Source of the DNA: Octopus bimaculoides
Lineage: Eukaryota
NCBI RefSeq assembly: GCF_001194135.2
Contig: NC_068999.1
Location: 12,402,077 to 12,453,292, forward strand
Direction: 5' to 3'
Length of the DNA: 51,216 nucleotides
This document shows positions 1-12,916 of the stretch, in pieces. Under the pieces are notes generated by a model. That model had not been told where the DNA came from. It made no database searches and saw only the letters and a program-made list of their open reading frames with translations. A program made the translations under genes and the position numbers. Position 1 is the stretch's first letter. Each line of letters starts with the position of its first letter.

Positions 1-495
1 ATATATATATATATATGCATGTGTGTGTGTGTGTATGCATATGTACGAATGTATCTGTGAGTGTGTGTATGCATGGGGGTGTATATGTGTATAAGTGTCG
101 CTTTGTATCTCTTTCTCTCTCCCTCTCTCTTACTATACAGCTTTGAAACACAGACCTCCTGGGAAAACGTCCTGATGAGAGGTATATCGGAAGAGTGAGT
201 GGGTACGAGTGCAAAATTGCGAGATATATCTTCGCATTTAAAGAGATTTAGCAATGTACATGAATAGATATTTAGCGCATGTTATAGATAAATAGATACT
301 CTCTTCAATAGATCAACAAATTGTTTTAGGTAACACTTTTTCAATATATATAGATATATGTGTGTGTATGTACCTTTGTTTGTACGTGCGTATATGCGTG
401 CATATGTGTTCTGAATCTATGCATGTATGCATGCATGTATGTATATATGTATGTATGTATCTATTTATCCATATATATATATATATATATATATA
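1..495. repeat. Compound (TA)n/(TG)n/(CT)n/(TATG)n microsatellite zone running into an N gap
   Basis: Dinucleotide and tetranucleotide runs visible at about 1-120 and 350-495, followed by Ns at 496-600. Confidence 0.9.
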
Positions 496-1184
496 NNNNN
501 NNNNNNNNNNNNNNNNNNNNNNNNNNNNNNNNNNNNNNNNNNNNNNNNNNNNNNNNNNNNNNNNNNNNNNNNNNNNNNNNNNNNNNNNNNNNNNNNNNNN
601 ATATATACACTCAGAACTATGTAGATAGATGATTGAGTGAAACGTATACTGAAATACGTGTTAGAAGATTAATATATAATTGATTTTTATTTATTTTTTT
701 CTTCATTACTTGATATCCGAAGTTGTTATGTAAATGAAATTGTAAAATTGACAGATTAATACTAAAAATAAATTTAAAAATAGGCAAAGTAATAATAATT
801 AAAAATTAAAAAATTGTACAGTATGATAAGTAGGAGAGTATTTTCATACAGAAATTGAAATAGAGAATTTCGATATATATATATAGAAGAAAGGATAGTA
901 AAACGATGTAAAATGTCTCTCCCAATATATGCATGTACTGCAAATTCGAGTTAATATTTTCGAATGACATAATTGTTAAATTTTGAAGAGAATATTGTCA
1001 ACACGCCTACAAGCAATAAAATATTGTTACAAGCAATAGAACCACTCGCATATCGAGGCTATCAACAACGTATGTTTGTAACACTGTATGGCTTTAACCT
1101 ACTAATTTCCAATACTGTATACACAGATGCACATAATATAAGACTGTTTTCTACAGACACACAAACGCGCGCAAAGACACACAA

Positions 1185-1224
<40 letters not shown>

Positions 1225-1449
1225 GTACATGTGTTTGTGTGTGTGCACGTGCTTGCGTGTACTCATTCGAGTGTATGTGCAACAATATAAGTCCAGACAA
1301 ACATGCTTCCGAATATATATTTACAAAGACATGACAGAAGTAAATAGACACATATAATCATTAAATGTCATTTAAATCTGAAATTACGCATTCAAATTAT
1401 CTATGTATTATTATAATATGAATGTATTTAATATTTAGTTGACATGTCC

Positions 1450-2264
1450 TTTGCATTTCTCGATACAAGGACATTATAACGCATGTTACTGATCAGATGA
1501 CGAGTATTATCTTGCAGATTTTCTTGCCAAGTTTCATGTAGTAATCTCAAAAGATCTGACTTCGGATATGCCTTCTATTTTTTTAATGAAGTGTCTTTCC
1601 ATTATGTTCCAGAGGTGCTCGATAGGGTTCACATCTGGTGACTGGATTTGTCATGGAAGCTTTGTAATGCTTTAGGCATCCAAAAAATCTCAGGTCATTT
1701 CAGCAGTGTGACACGGAGCCCCATCTTCCATAGGTAATGAGTATTTTGTAATCATTTCAGTACAGAAGATTGGAGTCCTTTCTGAAATATGGACACGTAT
1801 GTATCCTAGTTTATGTTTCCCTCTCACTCCACCAGCTCTGATCAACCATTCCCACAAATTGCTCCCCAGACTATCACAGAATGTATGCCGTGTTTCATTG
1901 TTCGCTGCAATCTTTTCACATTAAATGCTTCGTCACAGAGTCTCCATACCCACACTCAACCACTCTCAGTAAATGCAGCAAATCTGGACTCATCGGAGAA
2001 AATAACAGTGCCCCAAAATGCCAGTGGTCTGTCTACCATACAAGTGACCCAATATTTTCTCCTCTTCGCATATTGAAAAAGTGGCTTCCTATTTGCTGCT
2101 GTGCCATAGTAACCAAGTTTGCGGAGATGCCCAGCTATTGTGGGACTTGCAATGAGGATTATCCTCCACACTTGTCTTAGCAAAGAAAAGGATCCAGAAA
2201 GTCCACGTAATGTAGAATGCTTATTTAATAAATCGAGAAGTATTTCTTTCACATTTTTTTTCAT
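1450..2264 (-). pseudogene. Tc1-family (DD34E) transposase, degenerate
   Basis: Minus-strand translation gives VIFSDESRF (~1980-2006), VWVWR...[16 protein letters not shown], then MEDGAPCHTA...QSPDVNPIEHLW (~1600-1730). There are 34 codons between D and E, with several in-frame stops and frameshifts. TIRs were not confidently found. Confidence 0.9.
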
Positions 2265-3869
2265 TAATTTTATATAGGAAATTGGACACTATTTTAGCAT
2301 GTTTGCAAAGTTACATGAACATTCACTAACGGGTGCAGACAGCAACTTGACACAAACAGTCAAACATACAGACCACTCGGTATCATGTATATATATGATA
2401 TATATAAATGCATATATATATATATATGATATATATATATATANNNNNNNNNNNNNNNNNNNNNNNNNNNNNNNNNNNNNNNNNNNNNNNNNNNNNNNNN
2501 NNNNNNNNNNNNNNNNNNNNNNNNNNNNNNNNNNNNNNNNNNNNNNNNNNNNNNNNNNNNNNNNNNNNNNNNNNNNNNNNNNNNNNNNNNNNNNNNNNNN
2601 NNNNNNNNNNNNNNNNNNNNNNNNNNNNNNNNNNNNNNNNNNNNNNNNNNNNNNNNNNNNNNNNNNNNNNNNNNNNNNNNNNNNNNNNNNNNNNNNNNNN
2701 NNNNNNNNNNNNNNNNNNNNNNNNNNNNNNNNNNNNNNNNNNNNNNNNNNNNNNNNNNNNNNNNNNNNNNNNNNNNNNNNNNNNNNNNNNNNNNNNNNNN
2801 NNNNNNNNNNNNNNNNNNNNNNNNNNNNNNNNNNNNNNNNNNNNNNNNNNNNNNNNNNNNNNNNNNNNNNNNNNNNNNNNNNNNNNNNNNNNNNNNNNNN
2901 NNNNNNNNNNNNNNNNNNNNNNNNNNNNNNNNNNNNNNNNNNNNNNNNNNNNNNNNNNNNNNNNNNNNNNNNNNNNNNNNNNNNNNNNNNNTATATATAT
3001 ATATATATATATATTTACATAATTGCATATCTAAATATTTATATAGGTAGATATCTGCAGGTATGTATATACGTATACATGCACATACACACACCCGCAA
3101 AGAATGATGAGATAAATCGATAAACTTGTCCTCTTCACAGGCAGACAAGCGCACAGGTTTTCACGCATGTTCGTAAACATAACTGTTTACTAATTCTGCG
3201 TCTATGTGTGTGCATATATGTTTAATTGTATGCCTTTCTGATTGTGTCTGTGTGTCTGTCGCTGACGTATGTGCAAGTGCACAGAATATTTGTTACATAT
3301 AAATATTATTACTGATGAAATTCAGAGTGATTTTGTACAAGCAAGTATTATTACTGTTTTTCTTTTATCTTCTATAACTCACTTTGATATTGAACAAATG
3401 TTTAAGTACCGTTAAATATCATCACACTAGCCAATAAATAGTTGATGCGCGTTGCAATCGTATTATAACGAGGCCATATATTTAATATAATGCATTGTCG
3501 TTTGTCACAATTTGCGACTATTGTTTCCTTTATTCATTTTGTTCTTTCCATCTTGCAGTTTACAATAATATTCACGTGGTTTTCTAAACATATTATGATG
3601 CCATAGCTTTACACTGTCAGGTCTAATACAGTTAATGGTGTTTTTCTTTTAGTTAATAACAGCAGAAAACATTAAAGTATTTTGCATCCGATTATTTATT
3701 TATTATTTTATTTTTCGGATATAACACATTAAATATGCGTTTCTAGGTTTTAGGTCTGTAAGGGTATGCTGAGTTGTAATGCATTAACCGAAAGCTTAGC
3801 AGATTGTGCGATGTTGGTATTTGTTTCAAGAATTTCCTTAATATATTCTGCTCAACATATCTTTCCTAT

Positions 3870-4048
3870 TTCCTTTTAGCTTTTACTTTAATCAGTAATT
3901 AAATTGCGGCGATGCTGGTGCACAGTCTTCAAGAACTTTTGTCGAACAGCTCGAGGCCATAAATGATTCTATTTAAGTCTGGGACATATTTGCGGTCAAC
4001 ACCAGTTGTCAAACCGTGAGAAATTATCATTAACAGACGCGCATACTA

Positions 4049-4135
<87 letters not shown>

Positions 4136-4282
4136 TGCACGCATATACGACCCTCGTCTTTTAGTTTCAGTCTATCAAATCCATTATCGAGGCTTTGATC
4201 GGCCTGAGACCAAGGTATTACTCAACGGTAGTGAGCCCTAAACCATGTGCTTGAGAACTTCTATGCAACCACGCCTGCGCCT
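3870..4282 (-). mobile_element. tRNA-derived SINE (octopus OR/CORE-type), degenerate copy with internal (CA)n
   Basis: The reverse complement aligns by eye to the copies at 45341 and 47910: head CAGGCGTGG..., GGATTTGATAGAC..AAACT, internal microsatellite, tail GTGCACCAGCATCGCCGCA...GTAAAAG. Confidence 0.75.
4052..4130. repeat. (CA)n microsatellite inside SINE
   Basis: Uninterrupted CA run. Confidence 0.95.
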
Positions 4283-4479
4283 GAGAAATTTAATTCAACC
4301 CATCTCCACTTACCTGGTCGTATACATATCTATTTGTGTGCGGTTCACATACTGTTCTCCTATTCAAAAGTATTCGAAAATTGATTAGCGCCATTTCACT
4401 GTATCAGTACTTAGTTTATTTTATCGTTTTTTCGTGTACGTAGATTTTAGGTGAATAGATCCATCAAGTGTATACTGCA

Positions 4480-4880
4480 ACAGTTTCTGGCCATTGCACT
4501 GAGCAATAGTTGCAATAATCACTTTAGATCATTCTCTATTTCTAATCACTTTACAATATTGGGTTATTGCCAACAAATTTGTATTAAGTGAAAATGGAGA
4601 AACCTGGTAATGAATAAGAGACCAGACAATGAATTCTAACTTAGCTAAATGTGCCACTGATGCATACGGTATAATATTTTTTTGAACTGATGCAGAAAAT
4701 GTTCGGTAGAGAAATCTAGATGAATCATAGCAGCTAATTTCAAAGCTATTTCTATAGCATATATACGGAACAGCTCACAAATAATTGTCCAGTCCTTACA
4801 AATGTCCAGGGAAATATCTGAAAACACTTCCCGACATAATCATTGATTTGATGTCAGCAACTTCTAAGGTCTACATTAGC
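4480..4880 (-). mobile_element. Possible highly degenerate LINE (CR1/L2-like) RT C-terminal remnant
   Basis: Minus-strand peptides EIALKLAAMIHLDF..EHFLHQFKK / IIPYASV..IVWS loosely resemble post-RT regions of CR1/L2-type LINEs. Frameshifted and weak. Confidence 0.3.
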
Positions 4881-5499
4881 GTGGATTGGATACCTTTTGT
4901 TTTTTTTTTCTTTTGTTATCTTTTAAATTTTATTATCTGCTTCTTCGAGTTCGGTTCTCACTTTCCAAAGTGGCTTACAGTAGCAGCCTGGTACCTTCAC
5001 TGAATTCAGCAAATTACATTCTGTGGAAAATTCTGGGACCAGGTCAAAGGTTTAGGGATGTGTTCTTAACCCTCTCACACTTGTCTTGGAAGCTCTGTAA
5101 TGGATAAGCTCAATATTAACCCTTGACGAAAACTGTGATAAAGTGCTTCGTCAGCTGAATCATAGCCTTGTCTAATGCCAAACATTATGCATTATTGAAT
5201 TAATTAATTAGTCATACATAAACGATGTTTCTGTATTGTGAATCCATAAATACAACAGTGCATATCCTGTAATGTCGCAGCACCATAAAATCACGAATAA
5301 TGCGGAAGGAATCGGTGACAGTTGCCGTGATTCATTCCAAATGTTAATTTCGTGATGATCCTAATATAACTGTAGAAATCTGTCATATACACTCAAGAAC
5401 ACAGGAAGTTAATCCAACACATGTTGTGTATTAATATGCAGTATGAGTGATGTCGACTTTCAACGCAGACATGCACGCAGACACAAATGCATGCACTGA

Positions 5500-5501
<2 letters not shown>

Positions 5502-5592
<91 letters not shown>
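5502..5592. repeat. (CA)n microsatellite
   Basis: Uninterrupted CA run of about 90 bp. Confidence 0.95.
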
Positions 5593-5596
<4 letters not shown>

Positions 5597-6819
5597 AAAT
5601 TCTTAAGTTTGCAATTCATTAATCAATCTACCTACTTCATTAACATCTACACCTCTAAGACTCACTCTGTTTTCTTTACCGCTTCTATTAATGGCAACAT
5701 TACAATTTTGCTATTACCATTTTATCAACAAAAGCATCATCTCCACACATCCTATCACCACTACTTCTAACACCCTATGACCCCACCATAGCCACTCTAA
5801 AGCCAAACAGCAGCAGACACAGCACCATAATACTATCCCAACTGAGGCACCAACAACGTAGCCACAATATAAAATACTAATACGCAATATTATACAGACA
5901 AACCTATTCGCTGTAATTTGATATGTTCGTATTTACTTATATATCTTCCTCAAATCACAATTTACCATCTTAAAAAAAAAGTTCAGATTCTATCAGACGT
6001 AGATCTTGATACATAAAAAAAACGGTACAGTCATGGCTGGATTGCTTTAGAGCATAGGTTTACTCGATCGGGCGTGACATATCATGTCGTTAAACTACAA
6101 TATGAACAACAACTATTTCTACAAGTAGCTGATATAAAATAGTTTCTTATCTTTTTTGATAACTTCAGTTTTGTCTGTAAATGTGTGTATGTGCGTACGT
6201 ACTTGTGTTTGTGTGTATGTGCGTGTGTGTGTGTATGTGCGTGTTCAAGCGCATGTATTCATGTTTATATATTAATGCATATATGCACGTGCGTTTGCAT
6301 ATGTGTGTTACACACACACGTACACAAACACACACACACACACACAAATATATATATATAACACTCTCTCTGAAACTCTCTTTCCCTGTGTATGTGTGTA
6401 TGTGTGTATATATATATATATATATNNNNNNNNNNNNNNNNNNNNNNNNNNNNNNNNNNNNNNNNNNNNNNNNNNNNNNNNNNNNNNNNNNNNNNNNNNN
6501 NNNNNNNNNNNNNNNNNNNNNNNNNNNNNNNNNNNNNNNNNNNNNNNNNNNNNNNNNNNNNNNNNNNNNNNNNNNNNNNNNNNNNNNNNNNNNNNNNNNN
6601 NNNNNNNNNNNNNNNNNNNNNNNNNNNNNNNNNNNNNNNNNNNNNNNNNNNNNNNNNNNNNNNNNNNNNNNNNNNNNNNNNNNNNNNNNNNNNNNNNNNN
6701 NNNNNNNNNNNNNNNNNNNATATATAGGTTCTATTTTTTAATAGGTGTATATGCAAATAGGTATGTGTGTGTATGTGTGTGAATATGTATATATAAACAT
6801 AGAGATAGATACAAAGACA

Positions 6820-6912
6820 GGCAGATAGATAAATAGATAGGTAGGTAGATACACAGATAGACAGATATACATACAGACTGACATACAGACTGACAGATAG
6901 ATAGATAGATAT

Positions 6913-6981
<69 letters not shown>

Positions 6982-6995
6982 CAGATATAGATATA
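6820..6995. repeat. (GATA)n/(GACA)n tetranucleotide microsatellite
   Basis: Long AGAT run; it produces the YLSI-repeat pseudo-ORFs. Confidence 0.95.
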
Positions 6996-7442
6996 CATAC
7001 AAAAAAAAGAATTTCAAGCAACTCATAAATTGATGATTATTTTTGAGAGTTTATAAGAGCTACAAAAATTCTTTGGATTTTACTCTTAATCTTTTTGTCT
7101 TTTTATATCTTCTATTATATACTTTTTCGTTTTCTGCTTAGAGTGTATTTTATTTATAATTTTTTATAATATATAAAATAGCATTCAATAAATTATTTTT
7201 CTTCCGATCTGATAAATTTTCTTCCTTCTTTTTCTATTTTTTTTAATTTTTGTCTTTAGAGAGGATACCAACAAAAAAAATAAATAAAGAAATCGAAAAT
7301 ATATGAATTCGTAAAATAAAATATTTTATACGACGTTATATGCGTCCTTATAAGTGTATATATAAAGAACATAAATACACACACATGCTCACACTCACTG
7401 ACGCACACGACCACACGCAAACAGATATATATATATATAAGT

Positions 7443-7489
<47 letters not shown>

Positions 7490-9193
7490 TATACATACAT
7501 GCGCATGTATCTGTGTATAGGATTGTATATATATGAGTATATATATATATTTGCTTACACACACATACATACATGCTTATGTACGCATAGAGACTGTGTG
7601 TCTGTAAACACCATCACACTCTGTACCTATTTCAGGTATTCGCATCCTTCATTAAATTCAAGTTCACTTCCTATGATTTGCAAGTATATATGAGGAGATC
7701 TTTTATAAATTTCCTGATAGCGAACTTGAAGACTCTTATAGAAACATTTCGGATACGGCTCCCTAGCACAACCTATGTACACTTATCTCTTCATGGTTCA
7801 TTCTTATATAATCTCCCCGAGTAAAAAAATTAAAAAAATTAAAACGTTCACTTCTATTCAGGTTCGCACTATTCCCTTTCCAACGAAATCGATCACGAAT
7901 TTAATGACCAACACTTTGATGACAGATGACACCTCTTGTGGATTTGAAATTGCCGTCACTAGAATATTGATTGACGTAAATTTACTTCAGTCACGCCGCG
8001 AATGCTCCCAGGAAAGGCGTGAAAATTAAACTCATTTTTTTTCCAGTTTCTATCTGAAATATAGAAACTTCAAACCATGTCGAACAGAAACCAACAAGTA
8101 ATTAAATATTTAATATTGATCAAATTAATTTTATTGTGAAAATTAATTAGATTCAGAAAATTAATTAATTATTGCTTTCCCCGATTGTAAATGAAAACTA
8201 AACAAAAAAATTAAATGATGTAACTAGACTTTATAAGTGAAATTTTTGAAAATTCATGATTGTTTTATAAATTTTAGTGAAGCTATGAATTAAGAATTGC
8301 GTAAGGGATTATTTATTTCTTGAAATTGTTTCTCAAGGGATTTGATTTGAAATGGAAAGTTGGAACAATTTAGAAATAACAAAACAGGTAGCAATGAAAT
8401 AAAGCAGAAATCAATTAGGAAGTTTCAAGCATTTAAATAAGCTATTTTTGTTGAGTTTTAGTACCACACCTCTACTGGCTTTTCATTAATGGTTTGTTGA
8501 AATATTAGAACCGTCCTCAATTCAAAGATATTTACATTCATTTACATGCACAAATGCTCTTGTAATTAATTTATCGCTCCCGAAATATTGTGGGTGAATT
8601 CCACTGTCTGAACCCTGACTTTGAACATACAAGAACGATATAACTTGTTTTATCTTCCGATCTACGAATAGCAGAAAATGATACGTTAATCGAATCTTTA
8701 CTCCAGTTATGATAGCAATATATTAGTGATAGACGTATATCGATCAAGAATAAACCAAGAAATATTTTGCTAAGCCTGGAAAGTTGATAAAAGATACCGT
8801 TCGTGTTAGCAGTTGAAATTAGAGAAAGAGCTCAGCCATACCGATACTATTCTTTTATAGAATTTGAATGTTATTGAATTCCATTCCAACTTTAATAAAC
8901 TCCAAGCGTTTTGGAGGAGGAAGTCGACGATAACATTGTGTCCGGTTTCAAGTAATATTAGTGTTTATATAATAGAATGTAGAAGAATTTAAGCCTTAAT
9001 GAACTTCGGTGAGACTTGAACTCAGAAATCAAAAGGCGTACATGGATATTTCAAGACTAATACCTTGGGTCCTGCTCCCATTTAATTTTCGCAATTCATC
9101 TGCTTATAGTGAAAGGAAGTTAAGTAATTCTAATAAACATTATTTACATTATTTACATTGTACGGATATTTGTCCTCATCTTTTTTGTTGTTA

Positions 9194-9237
9194 ACACAAC
9201 GTTTCGGCTGATATACCCTCCAGCCTTCATCACGTCT
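9194..9237 (-). ncRNA. Degenerate minimal hammerhead ribozyme-like motif (inverted twin)
   Basis: The reverse complement reads GAC-GTGATGA-A-GGCTG(loop)CAGCC-GAAACGTTGTGT. The core GUGAUGA differs from CUGAUGA at one base, and the stem I 5' strand is shortened. Confidence 0.45.
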
Positions 9238-9295
9238 TCTGGAGAAATTTCAAACCTGGGTACTCATCCCTAAGGTATTTTTCAACATTGTTGTT

Positions 9296-9360
<65 letters not shown>

Positions 9361-9445
9361 CATCATCATCATTTAAGTAACTACCTGGAATCGAACTCGG
9401 AATCTTGGGGTTAGTAGCCGGTGCTCTTAACCACTATGCCATATG

Positions 9446-9489
9446 ACACGCGAGGAAGGCTGGAGGGTATATCAGCCGAAACGTTGTGT
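9446..9489 (+). ncRNA. Degenerate minimal type-I hammerhead ribozyme-like motif
   Basis: ACAC-[GCGAGGA]-A-GGCTG(loop)CAGCC-GAA-ACGT-T-GTGT. Stem I (ACAC/GTGT), stem II and GAAA are intact, with palindromic ACGT as stem III. The core deviates from CUGANGA at 2 positions. Confidence 0.45.
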
Positions 9490-9908
9490 TAACAACAAAC
9501 AGGATGAGGACAAACATCAGTTAAATGCAAATATTGTAAACAATGTAAATGATTTCTCATTTCCTAAAACTAGAATGAATTCGAATGGAAAGTACAAAAA
9601 AGGACACAACCTTGCAAACTCTTCATGAAAGGAACCACTCCATACATTACGATATATGGCACGACAGGAAATGATACACCTACAATTACTAGAAATGAGA
9701 ACCAAATTTTAACTCGAACATACATACAAAAGCAATAAGCTCATGAAATATCCGGGACTGCGAGCAAGAAGCCACAATATCTTCCTTTTGCGAAATACAT
9801 TCACAGAATGAAATAGTTCGATAAAGCCTTATTTCGTGATCACACAATTTGACCAAAATGAAGTTATTCCTCGTCTTAGGTTTACACAATTTTGTCATGA
9901 AGGTATGG

Positions 9909-10525
9909 GAAGCAGGCTATCGCTTTTAATCCGAAATAATTGTGTTAACCTCTAACGAGAAACAAGATCGTATTGATCAAATTTCGAAATCACGCGAGAA
10001 GGTTTTTTCAAGCTATTTCATTCTGTTAGTGTATCTCCCTAAGAAAGATGATGGGGCTTGCTGCTCGTAGTCCCAAATACTTCATGATGTTCGTGCTTTT
10101 GTGTGGCTGTTCGAGTTAATTTTTCTCTCTTATTCTAGCGATTTCAGGTGCTATTGCGCACCGTCATTTATTAATTTTCTTTTTAGGTTTTAATTGCTAT
10201 TGTCGCCTATATTATAATGTATTTAATATATATTATGATATTAATGTATTATCATAATTCCGTATTATAAGTTACTATACATTTTAACCGTTTTGAACTT
10301 TAGCGCCCGCTTTTCAACGGCTTTTTCTCATGGGGTAATGTGAAGCCGGCTATCTCTTTTAACTCGGAGTAATTGTGGAAAACACTGACGGGAAAAAGTT
10401 CGAATTGATCAGATTTCGAAATTACGTGATAGAGTTTTATCAAACTACTTCATTCGGTGAGCTGTTGTGGCTTGCTGCTCGCAGTCCCGAATATTTAATG
10501 AGATTAGTGCTTATGTGTGGCTGTT
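9909..10525 (+). repeat. Pair of ~200-bp diverged direct repeats (9909-10111 and 10342-10525)
   Basis: Shared blocks GAAGCNGGCTATC, ATTGATCANATTTCGAAAT, GGCTTGCTGCTCGNAGTCCC and TGTGTGGCTGTT occur in the same order. Confidence 0.8.
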
Positions 10526-11236
10526 TCTATAGGCTATTCAAGGAATTCAGTATTTGATCAATGCATGTTATTTATGAAATTAGGAAGTACATCATGTCAC
10601 ATATCGAGATTAGAAAAAATTGAATAAAATCGCATATGATATAGAGGTTCATTTCGAACGCAACAATGCTGCTTCATTCGCGATCATGGCCTTTATAGTA
10701 ATAGAGTGGGAGAAGTAGTCGAGTACCACAGCTGTTTCAAATGTAGCACTGTGTGCACATTACGTAATATTAGGAATGCTGCATAGTTATCCGATATCCT
10801 TTTTCATGAGGAGTATGCGGTAATTCAGTTGAAAATTCTCTATTGTAATGGATAATGGAAAAAAAAATGCTTGGATAGGAGAAAGATGTTCATTTTAAGA
10901 ATAAAAAAGGGGGAATGGAAAATGGAAATGGTAGAGAATCGCTAGCAGATAGATAGGTGTTTGGTTTCATTTCCTCGGCTCCAAACTCAAATTTATGGTG
11001 CGACTTCAGTGTATTCCGTTCTGATTAAATTCTATCTGGCGTCACTGAATGGAAGCCAGCAGATAACAAAATGGGGTGTTTATTACTTAGGAAAGTTGAT
11101 GTGAATACTAAAGGAACATAAGGAGAAAAGACCGGGAATAGAAAATGTCGAGAACGGAAAAAAGAAAGAGAACCAAGATAAAATGACGGTGGTAAGTTAC
11201 GTGTATATACAAACGCACATAGATACACACATGCAC

Positions 11237-11310
<74 letters not shown>

Positions 11311-11351
11311 GCCTCACTGTGTTGCATTGTTGCGTAGTTATATATATGTAT

Positions 11352-12181
11352 AAGTTATACTTATAAGGGCACACAGGGTGCCTATCTGCTAGAGAGAGTA
11401 GCTACAACCCTCAATTAAACCACCAATAACACTGAGAAATTCAACAAACGGGTGAAATCAATTCAACATACCAAATACAGCTCAATGCTAAATATATTGT
11501 CATTTGGATGCATTTGGAAGCATTTGCATCATGGTTTCTATTTCTAGCGTAAAGCCTCAACATTCATCAGCAAGTTTTGCCAACTGTTAAATATTTTTTT
11601 TTAACTCGTCACGTTGAAGTCTGTTGGTCTTCTGAATTGTTTTGCACCATAATCAGAACGGTTCCAGTGCAAATATACTAATGAGTAAATATTCAGAAGT
11701 AAATATTTATATCGATATTATAATTTTATTATAACATCAACAATAATGCCTGCAACCACCTATATTATTGTTGTCGATATTATCAACTATTTATAAGTAC
11801 CCCAGAAAATAATAATAGTAACAATAAGAATATCTGTATAAATATTCACTCTGAAGCTGTTCTGACTTTGGCGCAAAACAATTCAGAACGCCGACAGACT
11901 TTAACGTGACGATTAAAAACAGAAAACAAAAATTCAGTTGGCAAAACTTCCTGATGAAAGTTGAGGCTTCTCGCCAGAACTAGAAAGCTTGATCCAAGTG
12001 TATCCAAGTGCAAAAATATTTAGCATCGAGCTGCATTTGGTATGTTGAATTTATTTAACCCGTTCACCCGCTTGCAGTTGTTTTTCTGTTAAACTTTTCA
12101 GTGTTATTGGTGGTTTAATTGACGGTTTTAGCACCTCTTTCTAGCAGGTAGGCATCTTGTGTGCCGTTATGCGTATAAATT
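11352..12181. repeat. ~830-bp imperfect palindrome (foldback / long-TIR element)
   Basis: The left arm (GGCACACA..CTGCTAGA..TCAATTAAACCACCAATAACACTGA..TTCAACATACCAAAT..AAGTTTTGCCAACTG..CGTCACGTT) matches the reverse complement of the right arm throughout. Symmetry extends inward to ~11755. Confidence 0.9.
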
Positions 12182-12336
12182 TTAAAGTTTAACTCTATTG
12201 CTATCTCACGCTATTTCAAGTTTTCAACCACCTCTATTATTATTGTTGTTATTATCAACTATTAATAATTGCCTAAGGTAATAATAACAATAATAATATC
12301 TATATAAATATTCACTTTTGCATATTTACTACTTAT

Positions 12337-12382
<46 letters not shown>

Positions 12383-12916
12383 GCGTGTGTCTTTTGTATA
12401 TATACAAGAATGAAAATTTGAACCACAATGAATATGAGCAGTCTTATGTGAAGTAAACAATGAATGTTGTCCTATACAGATTGTATACGACAACAAATTG
12501 AAGCAGGCAATGTTAAATATTTCTAACCATACACGTTAATACAAAACCCAAAGCAATGAGAAATGACAAGTGGAAAAAAAAAATTGTTTATTGCTATATT
12601 AATTAACTTTCAACATCTTAGCATTTTTTCTTTGTGTTGTGTCCCTCAGCAATATTGCTGCTTTAAATATTCATATATTGAAAATTATTGATCAAAATCT
12701 GCAAAGGTTTAAAAAACTAAACGAAAATGTAATCTCAAATATTAATTATGAAGAAAAAGGCAATAAAGATTATAAAGTTGATATTATATATTAATGTTCG
12801 GTATAAATCTCTGATTACCATTTCTAGATAAGTAAAAACAAAAATATATATATCAATAAACTTTTTGTTTATTAACCCAATATTTACTCGCTATTATTTT
12901 TTGCATTTCTAAGATA

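Larger units (their letters stand above)
9140..9550 (-). mobile_element. tRNA-headed SINE-like element with (ATT)n core and hammerhead-like tail, plus inverted tail copy
   Basis: Minus strand 9445->9380: A box TGGCATAGTGG, loop CTACTAA, B box GAGTTCGATTCC. Then (ATA)n and a tail ending in (TGTAAATAA) repeats at ~9140. The tail at ~9150-9235 recurs inverted at ~9450-9550. Confidence 0.8.

Noticed and set aside
145-185. CTGATGAG near GAAA with ACCTC/GAGGT complementarity (hammerhead-like)
   Set aside because: The elements cannot be arranged into stems I-III with correct spacing; no stem I.
7636-7683. 48-nt open candidate exon (VFASFIKFKFTSYDLQ)
   Set aside because: Weak donor (GTATAT), lies between a microsatellite and a probable repeat, and shows no recognisable homology.
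7700-7775. CTTGAAGA/CCGAAATG motifs reminiscent of PLE ends
   Set aside because: Core and stem II are not satisfiable on either strand in this copy; probably a repeat fragment I cannot classify.
9380-9445. tRNA gene
   Set aside because: It has A/B boxes but no proper acceptor stem and is fused to a microsatellite and retro tail; treated as a SINE head.
11945-11990. CTGATGA inside the palindrome arms
   Set aside because: No stem II closed immediately by GAAA in either arm; not a credible hammerhead.
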